Positions 1-12,562 of a DNA stretch of 52,025 nt are shown piece by piece; position 1 is the first letter of the stretch; each line of letters opens with the position of its first letter. Below the pieces are notes generated by a model that worked only from the letters and a program-made list of their open reading frames with translations, did not search any database and was not told the origin of the DNA. Location: positions 28,368,549-28,420,573 of the forward strand of contig NC_068994.1 of assembly GCF_001194135.2 (NCBI RefSeq). Direction: 5' to 3'. Source of the DNA: Octopus bimaculoides. Its lineage: Eukaryota. The translations under genes and the position numbers were made by a program.

Positions 1-190
1 GGTGACACGTAAAAGCACCCACTACACTCTCTGAGTGGTTGGCGTTAGGAAGGGCATCCAGCTGTAGAAACTCTGCCAAATTAGACTGGAGCCTGGTGTT
101 GCCATCCGGTTTCACCAGTCCTCAGTCAAATCGTCCAACCCATGCTAGCATGGAAAGCGGACGTTAAACGATGATGATGATGATGATGAT
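1..190 (+). mobile_element. 3' tail of an abundant retroposon family (GGAAGGGCATCCAGC core, (TGA)n tail)
   Basis: Sequence ...aggaagggcatccagctgtagaaactctgcc...ggaaagcggacgttaaacgatgatgatga recurs at about 690-843, 21931-22096 (-), 30694-30860 (-) and 38990-39125. Confidence 0.85.
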
Positions 191-208
191 ATACTTAATA
201 TGACCTGA

Positions 209-843
209 GATGAGGTGGTGAAGCACGACCTTCGAACATTAGGCCTCACCGAGGCAATGACTTCTGACCGAGACCTTTGGAAATTTGCTGTGCATGAGAA
301 GATCCGGCAAGCCAAGTGAGACCATAATCCGAGGCCTCTGCCAGGAGTGCAGCTAGCCCACTTATGTGTACCTTTCCTTCATTAGACACTAAACTCGGCT
401 TGTGAAGACCTGTTGGGGCAAGTGAAATCGTGATGGCACCTGTACCAGTGAAGCGCTAAGAGCACCATCCAAGCGTGATCATTGCCAGGGCAGCTGTCTG
501 GCTTCCGCGCCAGTGGCACGTAAATAGCACCATTTGAGCGTGATCATTACCAGCGTCGCTTTACTGGCACTTGTGCCGTTGGTACGTGAAAAAACATTCA
601 AGCGAGGTCGTTGCCAGTGCCGCTGGACTGGCTCCTGTGCAAGTGGCACATAAAATACACCATTTTGAGCGTGGCCATTGCCAGTACCACCTGAATGGAC
701 TTCGTGCCGGTGGCACATAAAAGCACCCACTACACTCTCGGAGTGGTTGGCATTAGAAAGAGCATCCAGCTGTAGAAACTCTGCCAAATCAGATTGGAGC
801 CTGGTGTAGCCATCTGGTTCGCCAGTCCTCAGTCAAATCGTCC
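209..843 (+). mobile_element. RTE-type LINE 3' end: ORF2 C-terminus, 3'UTR with ~65 bp tandem subrepeats, and the shared tail; cut by a gap
   Basis: 209-319 translates DEVVKHDLRTLGLTEAMTSDRDLWKFAVHEKIRQAK*, resembling the RTE C-terminal D..L..LGL....A.DR..W motif. It is followed by 4-5 imperfect units (gtggcac...aagcacca..tgagcgtg..attgccag) and the same tail as 1-190. Confidence 0.7.
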
Positions 844-1654
844 NNNNNNNNNNNNNNNNNNNNNNNNNNNNNNNNNNNNNNNNNNNNNNNNNNNNNNNNN
901 NNNNNNNNNNNNNNNNNNNNNNNNNNNNNNNNNNNNNNNNNNNNNNNNNNNNNNNNNNNNNNNNNNNNNNNNNNNNNNNNNNNNNNNNNNNNNNNNNNNN
1001 NNNNNNNNNNNNNNNNNNNNNNNNNNNNNNNNNNNNNNNNNNNNNNNNNNNNNNNNNNNNNNNNNNNNNNNNNNNNNNNNNNNNNNNNNNNNNNNNNNNN
1101 NNNNNNNNNNNNNNNNNNNNNNNNNNNNNNNNNNNNNNNNNNNNNNNNNNNNNNNNNNNNNNNNNNNNNNNNNNNNNNNNNNNNNNNNNNNNNNNNNNNN
1201 NNNNNNNNNNNNNNNNNNNNNNNNNNNNNNNNNNNNNNNNNNNNNNNNNNNNNNNNNNNNNNNNNNNNNNNNNNNNNNNNNNNNNNNNNNNNNNNNNNNN
1301 NNNNNNNNNNNNNNNNNNNNNNNNNNNNNNNNNNNNNNNNNNNNNNNNNNNNNNNNNNNNNNNNNNNNNNNNNNNNNNNNNNNNNNNNNNNNNNNNNNNN
1401 NNNNNNNNNNNNNNNNNNNNNNNNNNNNNNNNNNNNNNNNNNNNNNNNNNNNNNNNNNNNNNNNNNNNNNNNNNNNNNNNNNNNNNNNNNNNNNNNNNNN
1501 NNNNNNNNNNNNNNNNNNNNNNNNNNNNNNNNNNNNNNNNNNNNNNNNNNNNNNNNNNNNNNNNNNNNNNNNNNNNNNNNNNNNNNNNNNNNNNNNNNNN
1601 NNNNNNNNNNNNNNNNNNNNNNNNNNNNNNNNNNNNNNNNNNNNNNNNNNNNNN
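844..1654. other. Assembly gap (N run); further gaps at 14534-15447, 16259-16599, ~23085-23094, 37983-38544 and 41229-41238
   Basis: Runs of n. The X-rich ORFs in the track that span them are artefacts. Confidence 0.99.
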
Positions 1655-2131
1655 TCAGTCTTAATAGTTTCACTATGTATATATTATATACATAGTGAAC
1701 CTATTAATGGTGAAACTATTAAAACTGAAAGTATTATCTCATTACAATAGAGATGTTATTCTTTCACTTTTGACACGTAATACTGAAATAGTCTAAGTGA
1801 TAAGAAATTGCTCCAGGCTCGCATCAGGCAAGAAGTTGAAAATTGTTTTGGCTCATGACACTGCATAGACCCTAAAGGCATGTGTAAAATTTGAATGAAA
1901 TTGGTTGTGTAGCTCTGGAGTTTTAGTGATGCACAGACAGACAGAGTCTCAGTTTTATACATATGGATTATGTTTGCATAGTGAAGTACCACATACCTAC
2001 AAATCATTAATGTTTACATACCAGCCACTAGGAATGCATCTAATATGTAAATTGGTATACCCAATAACTTAACTCCGCTGTTTGCGGTGGCTATATAAGC
2101 AATGTGTTCAGAGACAATAGTGTGTTGAATA

Positions 2132-2177
2132 AGTGCTGATGAAGAGAAACAACCCCCTGAAATACGGTATATACACT
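2132..2177 (+). ncRNA. Minimal type I hammerhead ribozyme in a Penelope/retrozyme-like fragment
   Basis: AGTG-CTGATGA-AGAG aaacaacc CCCT-GAAA-TA cggta TA-TA-CACT. Core CUGAUGA (2136-2142) and GAAA (2159-2162) are intact. Stem I AGUG/CACU is 4 bp, stem II has one A-C mismatch, stem III is 3 bp, and the cleavage triplet is AUA. Confidence 0.7.
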
Positions 2178-5100
2178 CGTTACCCATTTTTGTCTTTGAT
2201 CACATTGTTTGCTTACATCTGATGTCTCAATACGAAATGTAGTAAAAACAGTGTTGGCTATAAATACTGTAGAATATCTGTAAAAATAACCTTAACAAAA
2301 TATTACCATATTGTTTTAACAGCCACACAGTCACATCCTCTCAAAACAGCCTTTAATACATTAACATCATACTAGCACTCAATTTATTTCATAAGAGAAT
2401 TTTGTAAAAAAAAGTGTCAGTTACCCAACAAACGATGGTACAAGAAGTACAGCTGTGGCCAATGCATAAATCAGATCACCTTGATGGCTATTGTTCAATT
2501 TTTTCTTCAAAAATATTGTACACACCTAAAAAAAATATATAATATCTGTAAATTTTTCATCATTATCATTCATTTAAGTCCATTTTCTCAAAAACACCTA
2601 CAAGGTTTTCATATATCATTTATGAGGACTTATTTTATAGTTTAATTTTAACTCCTGAGAACTATATGGTTGCATGATCTGCTAGAAATAGTAACCAAAT
2701 ATCCTTCAAATCATATCCTACTGTTTTAAAAAAAAAAAAGACAGAATAGTCACAGCAAGTCTGCTCAGTCAACACTGACCTGAAGTTGAACAATAATAAC
2801 ATACTTCTTTTAAATTCTAGAGCGCATTCTTTGATCCTTCATCTAACTAAGCTTCTCCAGAATTAACTTTCATTTTTCTTTTGTAATTATCTCACAAGAT
2901 TTTTCCAAATTTTTTTCTTATTTCCATGTAGCCCCTCTTGCAATGCAATGTTATCAGTTGTACCCTTTCATCTCCCATTACACTGTCGGAAAACTATTTA
3001 AAGTATTGTTGTGATAGGATAACATGTTCCTTGGTTTGTTGTAACTATCAAAGCTAAGGCTGTACTGAAGCACTGTCTTTAAAATATGGCTATTTATTGT
3101 ATTTTATTAACACTCATTTATTTTATAACAATCATAATAATCACACATTTTTCAGGAGCAAAACAGTTCCTTACTTCAAATGTGTTAACACAAACCTAAC
3201 TATCTAAATAACTTTCTGGCAAGCTACTGGCCTATTTGGATTATTTCTCTTAGCTCATTATTTCAATTATGCAAGTTAGTTATTACCAAAAATCTTCAGA
3301 ATTCTTCCAAAATGTATGCATGAATCTTGATGATCACAACTGTCTTGAGTAAATTATACAATGCTAATGAGGTCCAATAACACCGAAACATGTCCTCCCT
3401 TGGCTTATTTGAGTTATTATTTCTCTTAGCTCATTTTATTTTCTGTTTTTCTCTGATATATTTCTGTTGTGTCAAAGCTAAAGAAACAACTGAATAATTC
3501 AAGATTATGCCTCTAGTATAAGTTCCAACTGCTATTTTTTATACCAAGAGTTAAACCTTTGTTGTCATTAGGTCTATATATCACTTCTGTGTAACATTCT
3601 ACAAAACACAAACACAACCTACATTGGAGAAGTGCTCATGTATCACAAACAGAGCTGATGTACACACACAAACATCCTCAAATGCAGACAAAATAAAAGC
3701 CTGGTTAATTGACAAAGACTCCCATACCAATCTGGTATAACCATAAACCACATACTATTAACACACATCATCAACATCATCATCATTTTAACATCCACTT
3801 TTCCATGCTTGCATGGGTCTGATGGAATTTGTCAAGACAAATTTTCTATGACTCGATGCCCTTCCTGTTACCAACCCTCACTTGTTTCCAGAAAGTGATA
3901 TTTCTTATGGTCAGATATATTTTTCACAGAGAAGTAGAGATGAATAACACCACTTGCTTTCTGAACTATCATCTCTCTATTTTCAAGTAGTCATCTCAAT
4001 TTTGTTTCTCCGTTAGTAAACAATAATCCCAGTACTCCCTTCCTAATATTGCAGACCCTGAAACTCACTCCCTACCAACATCTTCCCACCTCACAGGTGA
4101 AGCTGAACATCAAAAGTACCCCCTGTCAGAGAACTTGTAGAGATCAAAGAAACTCATCTGTTTTCCTCTAACTAAATAGTAAATAAAACCCACTTCAAAT
4201 GACAGAGTAACACCAGTGAGCAGTAACAATGAAACTCCTGGTAAATTGCATCATTAGAAAGTAAATAGCTTTCCATCAGTTTCAACGATGAAGATTCAGT
4301 TGTTCAATCAACTGGATAACCTGCTTATTAAATTAGCATGAAAGTGGATGAGTATTCCACAGGCACATGTACCATTAACATAATTCTCAGCATGACAGTG
4401 TGTGACAAGGCTATACTTTTGAATACTTTTGACTGTACAGATATAGTCCATTCAACAGGCTTTCACATAGCTTCTGCCAACCCTACTTAGCTTACAAGGC
4501 TTGAATCAATCCAAGACAATGGTAAAAGACACTTAAGGTGTCATATAGTGGGATTGAGCCCAGCACTTCATCATTATGAAGCAAACTTCCTGACAATTCA
4601 GTTATGCTCTGTCCACATATTACATATAAATAGCAATAAACTCAACTCCAGTGGACTTAAAAGATACATTTTTCATCTTGTACATTTGTGGAACTGAAAC
4701 TTTTCAGAGAAATTTCAGTTTCCTTTCTTACCTTCTCTGTCTCATTCCAATTTTACTCAGAAAAGATGATCCCAGCCACAAACAATTATGTATAAACCTA
4801 TTTTTATTTCTGAGAGAATATCACATAATTTTAAACTAATATTACAAAGGGAAAATAACTTGAAATAGAATGATCAAGCATAATAAGAAATTCAGAAATT
4901 GGTTAGTATATAAAAGTGTTGTGTTATTTAATCTTAAAAGTCAAACAAGAGAGATTATAATATTTGGATTAAAACATACCATCAGCCACAAAGGAAGAAT
5001 AACTAAGATGATGCATAACAGTATCCAAAGCTTGATATCAGACCACATAATCTGAGAGTCAGGGAAGAAGAAATCAGGAAATAATTCCACCTAAAATAAA

Positions 5101-5194
5101 ATTTTAAAATCATGGATTAAAAGAAATTTTCAAAAAATGACTTTTCTCTGAAAATGCTATAATTTTTACACATTGTGTGTGTGTGTGTTTCTGT

Positions 5195-6090
5195 AATTCA
5201 TCATCATCAAGATCCCTTAACTGCTGCAGCCAGTTGTTGGAGTGCCACTTTAGATACTTTCATAGTCAGCCATTGCCACTGGTCTCTGTTCTCTGTCATG
5301 CATAACAGGTTCACAGTGCTGTGAACAGTCCAGTCCCTTGATGTTGCCAAACCAGAATTTTCTCTGCTTCTCTTTCGCCTTCCCTCAAGTTGTGGCAGGA
5401 TACATGACCACACTAGGTAAGCTTCCGTCTTTTTTACCTGCAGAAGGAGTGGCTCCTGTCTGCCAGCATATTTGTTGGCTTGCTGCCTGATAAAGCTGTT
5501 CAGTTTTGTGCTCTGTATACGGGATGTGTAATAGCCTTCTGAAATACTTATGCTCAAATATCTGGATACTTTGCTCCATGTCAGCTATAAGTGTCCAGCT
5601 CTCACATCTATACAGAAGGACTGAGGTCACTAGGGTCTTGTGCACTCTGAGTCTTGTTGGAAAACTAATGAAATTGCTTTTCCATATATTGTTCAGCTTT
5701 GTTGTGGCAGTAGAGGCTAAGCGGAGTCTTGTTATTATCTCCCTTTGAGATGCTCCAATTCTCCAGAAAGAAGTCAAAGGGGCAATGTACATGCTCAGAC
5801 ATAGGAAATCCCCTGGAGTGGATAACATCCCATCAGAGCTAAAACATGGAGGGCCAAAGCTTATCAAGGCACTAACAGTTACCTGTCAGAAGATATAGGA
5901 GAAAGCAGTGGCCAAAGGAGTGGACCCACTGATGATATCCATTCCCAAAAAGGCAACTTAAGACTCTATAAGAATTATAGAACCATCAGCCAAATTAGTC
6001 ACCCCAGCAAAGTATTGTTAAGAGTTTTGCTAAACAGACTTAAGGGGAAGACAGAAGAAATCTTTGACCAAAGCCAGCAGATCTCAAAAG
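5195..6090. mobile_element. Degenerate RTE-type LINE ORF2 with an inverted 5' segment
   Basis: Minus strand 5745->5200: EIITRLRLASTATTKLNNIWKS...VLLYRCESWTL... ending in a (GAT)n tail. Plus strand from ~5749: DAPILQKEVKGAMYMLRHRKSPGVDNIPSEL...NYRTISQISHPSKVLLRVLLNRL, which is the RT N-terminal part. Confidence 0.8.
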
Positions 6091-7158
6091 GAGGTGTCTG
6101 TGATTAGAGATATGTAAATATAGAAATTATTTCTATATAAATTTAGTAAGCTTTTGAGGAAATCGTTTCCAAAATTTTATTAAACCGAAAATCTTAATAA
6201 TCCCTTCGTAAATTTATTATATTTTACAGCAAAGAGATATAAGATCTGCACATAAATATGGTATGCTGTGCATGTCAATGGATATATTTATGTAAAGAAG
6301 CAGTTTTTAAAAATACCTCTTTACATTTTAATGACTATGAATTTCGTAATTAAAACGAAAAGTGAGAGTAAACTAAATTACGTTATAAGCTGCAAAATAG
6401 TGTTTCAAACTTTAGTACGAGGCCAGCAGTTTTAGGGGAAGGGGATACCACATAATACTTAACTAATATTTTATTTTATTAAACGTAAAGAGCCGAAAGA
6501 AATGCCGCCTAACATGCTAACGATTCTGCCAGAGAACCATTAACCAAATAGGGGACATGAATGGTAGTGTCTCAGAGAAATATTTGGCAAGTTAGAAGAA
6601 AACTGCTGTGGGTGAGACTCTAGAAAGTAAATCCTTCTCAAAATTTGAAGTCAGGTTGTGAGCTTTATTTCAGTGAGGTGGCAGATCATCACGGGCCCCG
6701 GCTCTAGCCATGACCACCTTGCCTCTTTTATATATCAGGAACTACATGATCCAATGTGTCCGGGTTTTTTTTTCTTTCTTTCTTTCTTTCTTTAGAGACT
6801 GTAGTGGTTGATTCGAAGATCATTTGGTTGCAACTTTTTGTAGATCAATCAACCATGCACATATTCCCTTAAGCATTCGTTTCTGGTAAATTTATCAACC
6901 AAGCTTAGATTGAACATAAACTAAGAATCTAGCGAGACTTAACTAAAGTACTGTAAGACTTGAAATATGACGCTCTACGGAGTCAGCTACCTTACGCTGT
7001 CCTGTAAAGAGTATTTTGCACATATCTCTTCACATTGACAGAAGAAACATAAATAAAGCAATTTTTGTCATCATTTTCTTTGTATTTCAATGAATAAATC
7101 TCATGATGCAAGTAGAAAAACAAACTGTCGCTGAATATAATGAAATATTTGAAGTTAC

Positions 7159-7239
7159 CTTGCTGAAGTCTATCATTGTGTTTTCTCCGCAACAACCGTA
7201 AAAGAGATATGCTGGAAGAGAGACGCCCGCAGACGCCAT
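7159..7239 (-). CDS. Putative first coding exon of an unidentified minus-strand gene (MASAGVSLPAYLFYGCCGENTMIDFSK)
   Basis: ATG at 7239 opens 27 codons ending at an AAG|GTAACT donor, inside a CpG-retaining region (~6100-7750). The protein is not recognised. Confidence 0.35.
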
Positions 7240-8639
7240 AACTGTCTAGCCTCGTTTTAGATACATAGAGGGTTTTTTTTGTTTTTGTTTTTTAAAATCG
7301 GACACAAGGGTTCGATTTCTACTAGAACACATTTTTATTTATATTCATGACATCACGGTGAAGGCATGAGACTAACGATTAGGGTGTACAGTTTACAATT
7401 ATATGCTTGTGAGGTTAATTCCTGAACAAGTTGACGCTCTGTCTTTGAGCAAGGCACTTCCCTGATTGCTCGTTGCTCCAGTACCGATGTAAACGAGCAA
7501 CAACCGGTTGCTAATACAGTCCTCTTTCCCTTTAGCTGTCACATCATTGATGTCCCACTGGGTGAAAGGGGTCGTGAGGGTATACGTTTCTGCTCGCGAC
7601 TGCATAAACGATTAGCAAGCGTATAGTACATAAGTTATACCCACTTGTGACACCTGGCTGTACTATAACTCCGTGACATTACGACTTCTAAGAAAGTTAC
7701 AGATTATTATGTCTACTGCAGTGTACGTCAAAACTATGAGAAATATTTATACAGTGAAGAAATTACATTATTAGTCCTATGGTTCTTAGTTTAATCAGAA
7801 CGATTCGGATGGGAAACAACTCTAGATAGGTGTCGGCCTTATTGTGTCTCCTCATCAACATAAATTTCATCATACTTACCAGGATAGTAATGAGAGAATC
7901 ACCAAATTTGTTTAAATAATATATTGGTAATTGAGCTTGTATCTTTTCTTCACCGCATAAATATTTCTAACTAGATTCTTAATGCTTAAACTTTTGTTTG
8001 TCGTTTGGATGGCATTTCTCAGTAATTAACTTCCACTATTATTCTTTAATATACAACATTTTTATGTCTGCTCAGGAATAATATTATACATATACCTAGT
8101 GATTCTCTCACCACTATTTCAACAAAAACAATGAAGTTTATATTTGCTGTATTTATTGCTATATTTGGGGGTGGACATCTTTTTTTTTTTTTTTCCATTT
8201 TTTAATTTATTTTGCCAAATAACCACACACACTATATACTCGTTTTTCACTTCAGCTTTATCATTATTCTTATTTTAGTGTCTTTTGTCAGAAATCTTTC
8301 GTCACACGTCCCATAACCTCAGTAGTTCTCTATCCCATATGTCTCCTTCTGTTCTGTTTAGTCTATTCTGTCTTTCTGTGATAGTTATCCTTATATGTGC
8401 ATACATCTGCATCTGTGTGTGTGCATATATGCGTGTGCATACGCGCATTTGTGTGCATGTGTCTATGTGTTTAGTACGTGTTTTGTGTGTATATGGGTTT
8501 GCTTAATACACTTTTTGTACTCGTGTCTTTTATATAGTATTTTATTATGTTTATTTACTTTTTTCTTATTCTGCCTTAAGTAGGTGTATGTATGCCTGGT
8601 GTGTGAGTATATGGGTTTATGCATTATACTGTTTATATC

Positions 8640-8805
8640 TGTGTCCATTGCAGGGTAACTCACTTTTTTGCCAGCTGAGTGGACAGGAGCAATGTGAAAT
8701 GAAGTGTTTTGCTCAAGAACACAATGCATCATCCAGTCTAGGAATCAAAACCACAATCTTTCAACCATGAGTGCAGTATCCTAACCAGTGAGCCACATGC
8801 CTCCA
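8640..8805 (-). mobile_element. Degraded tRNA-derived SINE
   Basis: Minus strand reads ggaggcatgtggctcactggttaggatactgcactcatggttgaaagattgtggttttgattcctagac (A/B-box-like head), then tgtgttcttgagcaaaacacttcattt (core). Confidence 0.6.
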
Positions 8806-10943
8806 TGGTTTGAGTGAATGTCAATGACAAATACAAAATATATTCTGTTCAGTATTTTTTACAGTGTAAAATCTCTTTTACAGAATAAAATATATATCAC
8901 CATGAATAACTATTTTCTGTAAAGTTATGAACATGACATAGTCTTGTTTTCTCTTTTGTGGATCTCTTGATAAATTAAGTATCAGCTAAGAATGAATTGC
9001 TGTTTCCTTCACCAGATAGATCTTGAAGCCTAATAATATTCTCAGATCATGTACATTTATGCATGATAACTTGATAATTCAGATTTTAACAGTTGCAGAT
9101 TTTATCCAGAAATGCAATGAAAATGCACCTGATGTGATACATGACCTCTAAGTTCCCCCTTACCTTATTTTTATTTTTTGCTTATTCATTCATTTATTTA
9201 TTTATATATTTCGTGATTTAATCAGGGGAGGATAAACAGCCTCAGTAACCTCTTTTGCAGATTCTCAAGAGCCAAGGGCAACGGATTAAGTTTACTGTTC
9301 AAGTAATGGTATGATAAACATAAACAACATTATGACTAATCACAAACATGAAAAAACTGAAAGCATTACATTATCCTTCCCACCAGTTGTAATCTGAGCT
9401 GCCCTGATTTCATGAACATTAATTTGCATTTAATAAAGCAGGTATCTAAGAGTAACTTAAATCATACTGTTGTTGTTGTTGTCATTCTGTTATTTTTTTC
9501 TAGTTTTCTTTTCTTACTTAAGAATATTAGTGACATACATGAAACAAATAACTACAACATGGCTAACAGTCCCTAGTAATGTAAGTATAGAAATATATGT
9601 AACCAAATCTCTACCTTTCCTTCCTCTCACTGTTTATCATACTTCTTCTTACAACAATTATGGGGGCTAATGTAATCAACTGTAGCAATCCCTAATATAA
9701 GAAATCATTGTTATTTATTCATGATTTGAAAGATACATTGTTTTCTTTCTTAGAACTCAAAGAATCTTAATAATGCTAAAACTCTAGGTGTTTGTTTGTT
9801 CCCGAAATATCTCAGAAACAGTATATTTTATCTTAATTTTCATACTTACTTTATGCAGTGCAGTATGAGGTTTTGTGATATATGGATCTCTATTTATTAA
9901 TAAAAACGGTTAAACACAATTTTTGTTTGTTATTTTTTGATGAGAAAACATGGCTTCCCTGACATCAACACACATACAGAATACACACACATATAATGAA
10001 CGTCATGGCATGTGAATCAACACAAACACACGTACACTATCTGTGACATATACACACACAGTCATTGCACTCTCTATCACTCTCTAAGGAAGAAAAAAAC
10101 GTTGACTTCACCCCTTCCTTTCTCATTCATATGTTGTGATGGAGAAAAAGAAAAGAGAAAGAACGTTTCTAGTTTTTCTTTTGTTAAACACAGCACAAAG
10201 TTTTGTCAGTGAACAGGTCACAGTTTCAAAGCGATGAAATTATTTTGACACAAATTAAATTTAAATGTTGAAGTGAAATTAACGGTTTTTGTATGTTCTT
10301 AAATGGCTTACAAACATCTTCCATGCTGCAATTGTTTTTGTTTCAGCACACGATCTCAAATCAAGTCACTTGCTAGGCAAGTACATCTCCATAATATTTT
10401 AATCATTTAGAAATATTTTTAAGTGAATGTGATTTCAAAAATATAAGTTGTTTGTACAGTAAGTATTTATATTTTAACTTTCTTTAAACAAAGAATATTT
10501 TTACGTTTTTTAAAATTATTTTCAAGTGAATATTATTACAAAAATTCTTTTTGGCATATTTAAGAAATATTTTAAAGTGAAAATGACTTTAAAAATACGG
10601 TAAATATTTTGTAAAAGACCTGTTCATAACTTCAGTGTGAAATAGTTATTTTCCATAGATTTTTTCTGAGTGCATTCAACATATTTCACCTCCAAAGATT
10701 TGGCTGCTATGTCTAGTATACCCTGCAACCACGTAACAGCTATTTGCAATAAAGGATCTGAAATACCTGTTATGTGGTAGCAGGGCGTGCAAGAAATAGC
10801 AGCCAAATCTTTCCTCTTGGGGGAAAGGATCCGTTTATGCATGATTTCGATATCACATTCTTTGACAAAATGGGAAATCACATTGAAAAGAAAAAAAATT
10901 AACCCATGAAACAAAACTCCATTGCTGGGAAACTCAGAGTTTT

Positions 10944-10975
10944 CCGGTGACCCAACGGGTCACGGGTAGTCTAGT
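10944..10975 (+). mobile_element. Helitron-like 3' terminus (hairpin followed by CTAG|T)
   Basis: GTGACCC-aac-GGGTCAC hairpin, then gggtagt-CTAG-T, the typical Helitron 3' signature. No 5' TC end was located. Confidence 0.4.
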
Positions 10976-11112
10976 TATGTCTATCTCGGGAGACATATAC
11001 GCAAATATTCAAATTTAACTAATGATTTTAGAAAATGTTCAAACAGTTTTTACAATCCCTAGTATTTGTATTTCATTGGACATATTTATGTTTGTATTTT
11101 AGATAACCCATC

Positions 11113-11290
11113 TGTGGTGTTATGACCCAGGCTGTGTTGTAGGGAAGGACCGGAAGTGAGGGAGTACGTATGTCCTGACGGAAGTGGGGCCTGTGGGTCC
11201 CACTGGAAGGGCTGCAGTGGGCATGCAGGGTCGGTGAGGCGCAAGCAGTCAGTTGGCTCTTTGATGAGTATAGAACCTTTGGACACATGA
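11113..11290 (+). mobile_element. Partial, more diverged copy of the LTR at 12563-12892
   Basis: tgtggtgttatgacccaggctgtgttgtagggaagg... aligns by eye with 12563-12685 over ~120 bp, then diverges. Confidence 0.65.
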
Positions 11291-11495
11291 AACAAGAATA
11301 TGTTCAAGTGATGTCAGTGGATTGTAAAATTTTCAATACACAAGCTTTCCCTAATGTTCCAAAATTCATGTCCTCACATATCTGAAGCTGGTTTTTGTTT
11401 GTTTTGTTTTTGGATGTTTCTTTCTTCCATTGATAACTGGGAGGTTTGTAATATTATTTGTTCAAAGAACATGTGTGTGTAGGTGTGTCATACAT

Positions 11496-11533
<38 letters not shown>

Positions 11534-11589
11534 TAGGATGAGAGGGAGGGAGAAAGAGAGAGAGAGAGAGAGAGCCTGTATGTGAATCA

Positions 11590-12030
11590 ACAAGTGTGAA
11601 CCCTGGAAGAGATAGTGGTAACTATGGTAATGTGAACTGGACACAAGGTGGAACTTGATCAACCTCACTGGGTCACCTAGTCTGATTGATTGTTGAAAGA
11701 TCCAAAACCTCAAATAACACTGATAATGTGACATTAATTTGACATCATGCACCTGTTCAGGTAATCTCAACTTGATGGAGTAAGTTAATGTACAACACAA
11801 ACATTTGATCACTGTAAACAAATCATTTGTGCAGGTTGCAAGACAAGAAATCACAGAACCAGCTTTCTTGGACTTGGGAGACTACCATACTACAATAAAA
11901 TGGTAAATATATGGAGGATGAGAACTTTTTTCCTGACAAGGGCATGGAAGAGTCTTTTTCGTGTGACCAGTGTGGTCATGTTTGCTTCTCAAAGGCAGGC
12001 CTATTCAATCACAAGTGTGGTCATGGAGGT
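11590..12030 (+). mobile_element. Degenerate LINE ORF2 C-terminal fragment with a C2H2-type finger (RTE-like)
   Basis: FSCDQCGHVCFSKAGLFNHKCGH in ORF 11911-12123. Upstream sequence is broken by stops and frameshifts, and there are no flanking splice signals. Confidence 0.45.
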
Positions 12031-12562
12031 GCTACCAATGTTATATCCGGTATGATCACTTGTGCACAAGAGTGTGTGTGTCAGCCAGTGGATGCACTTG
12101 GTATTGTAGGACCCAAGATCTAGATCTTTGGGTTACTGCTGGAAAGCTGAGTTGAAGTTTATGTGAAATGACCACTAAGTCCCTTGAAGGCCTTAGGAGC
12201 CATATGAGGCATCATCAGTGATGAGGAAACCAAACATAAGATGTTTTTTAGACTGAAATAGGTTTAGGAAGTGGTGTTACTCAGTCACAAGTCAGCTTCC
12301 ATATCAATAGTGCTGGTGACACAGAAAGAGCATTCGGTAACTACTGTAAAGTGATTGGGATTAGGAAGGGCATCCAGCCATAGAAACCATGCCAAAGCGG
12401 ACACTGGAGCTTAATGCAGTCCTTGATTCCTCAGATCCTTGTCAAACTATCCAACTCAAATAGTTTACATTATGAAGGATACCCAACCATAGATTCCAAG
12501 GCAAAACCAAGATATTGGAGTAAGATATGGTCATCCAGCCTGTTAGAACTTGTCAAACTGTC

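Noticed and set aside
430-730. Regularly spaced repeats resembling a CRISPR array
   Set aside because: Imperfect tandem subrepeats of a LINE 3'UTR in a eukaryotic genome, with no unique spacers and no cas genes.
789-1750. Long ORFs across N runs (also 14208-15827, 14431-15618, 16192-16867)
   Set aside because: Artefacts of translating assembly gaps.
1756-1880. Open frame ending ...YYVSKVKE* as the last exon of the putative minus-strand gene
   Set aside because: Its phase does not match the candidate upstream exon and the peptide is not recognisable; unsupported without RNA data.
8285-8770. Short hydrophobic ORFs here and at 16741-17453, 17538-17864 and 45280-45657
   Set aside because: Translations of (TG)n, (CA)n or purine-rich low-complexity DNA with no splice or homology support.
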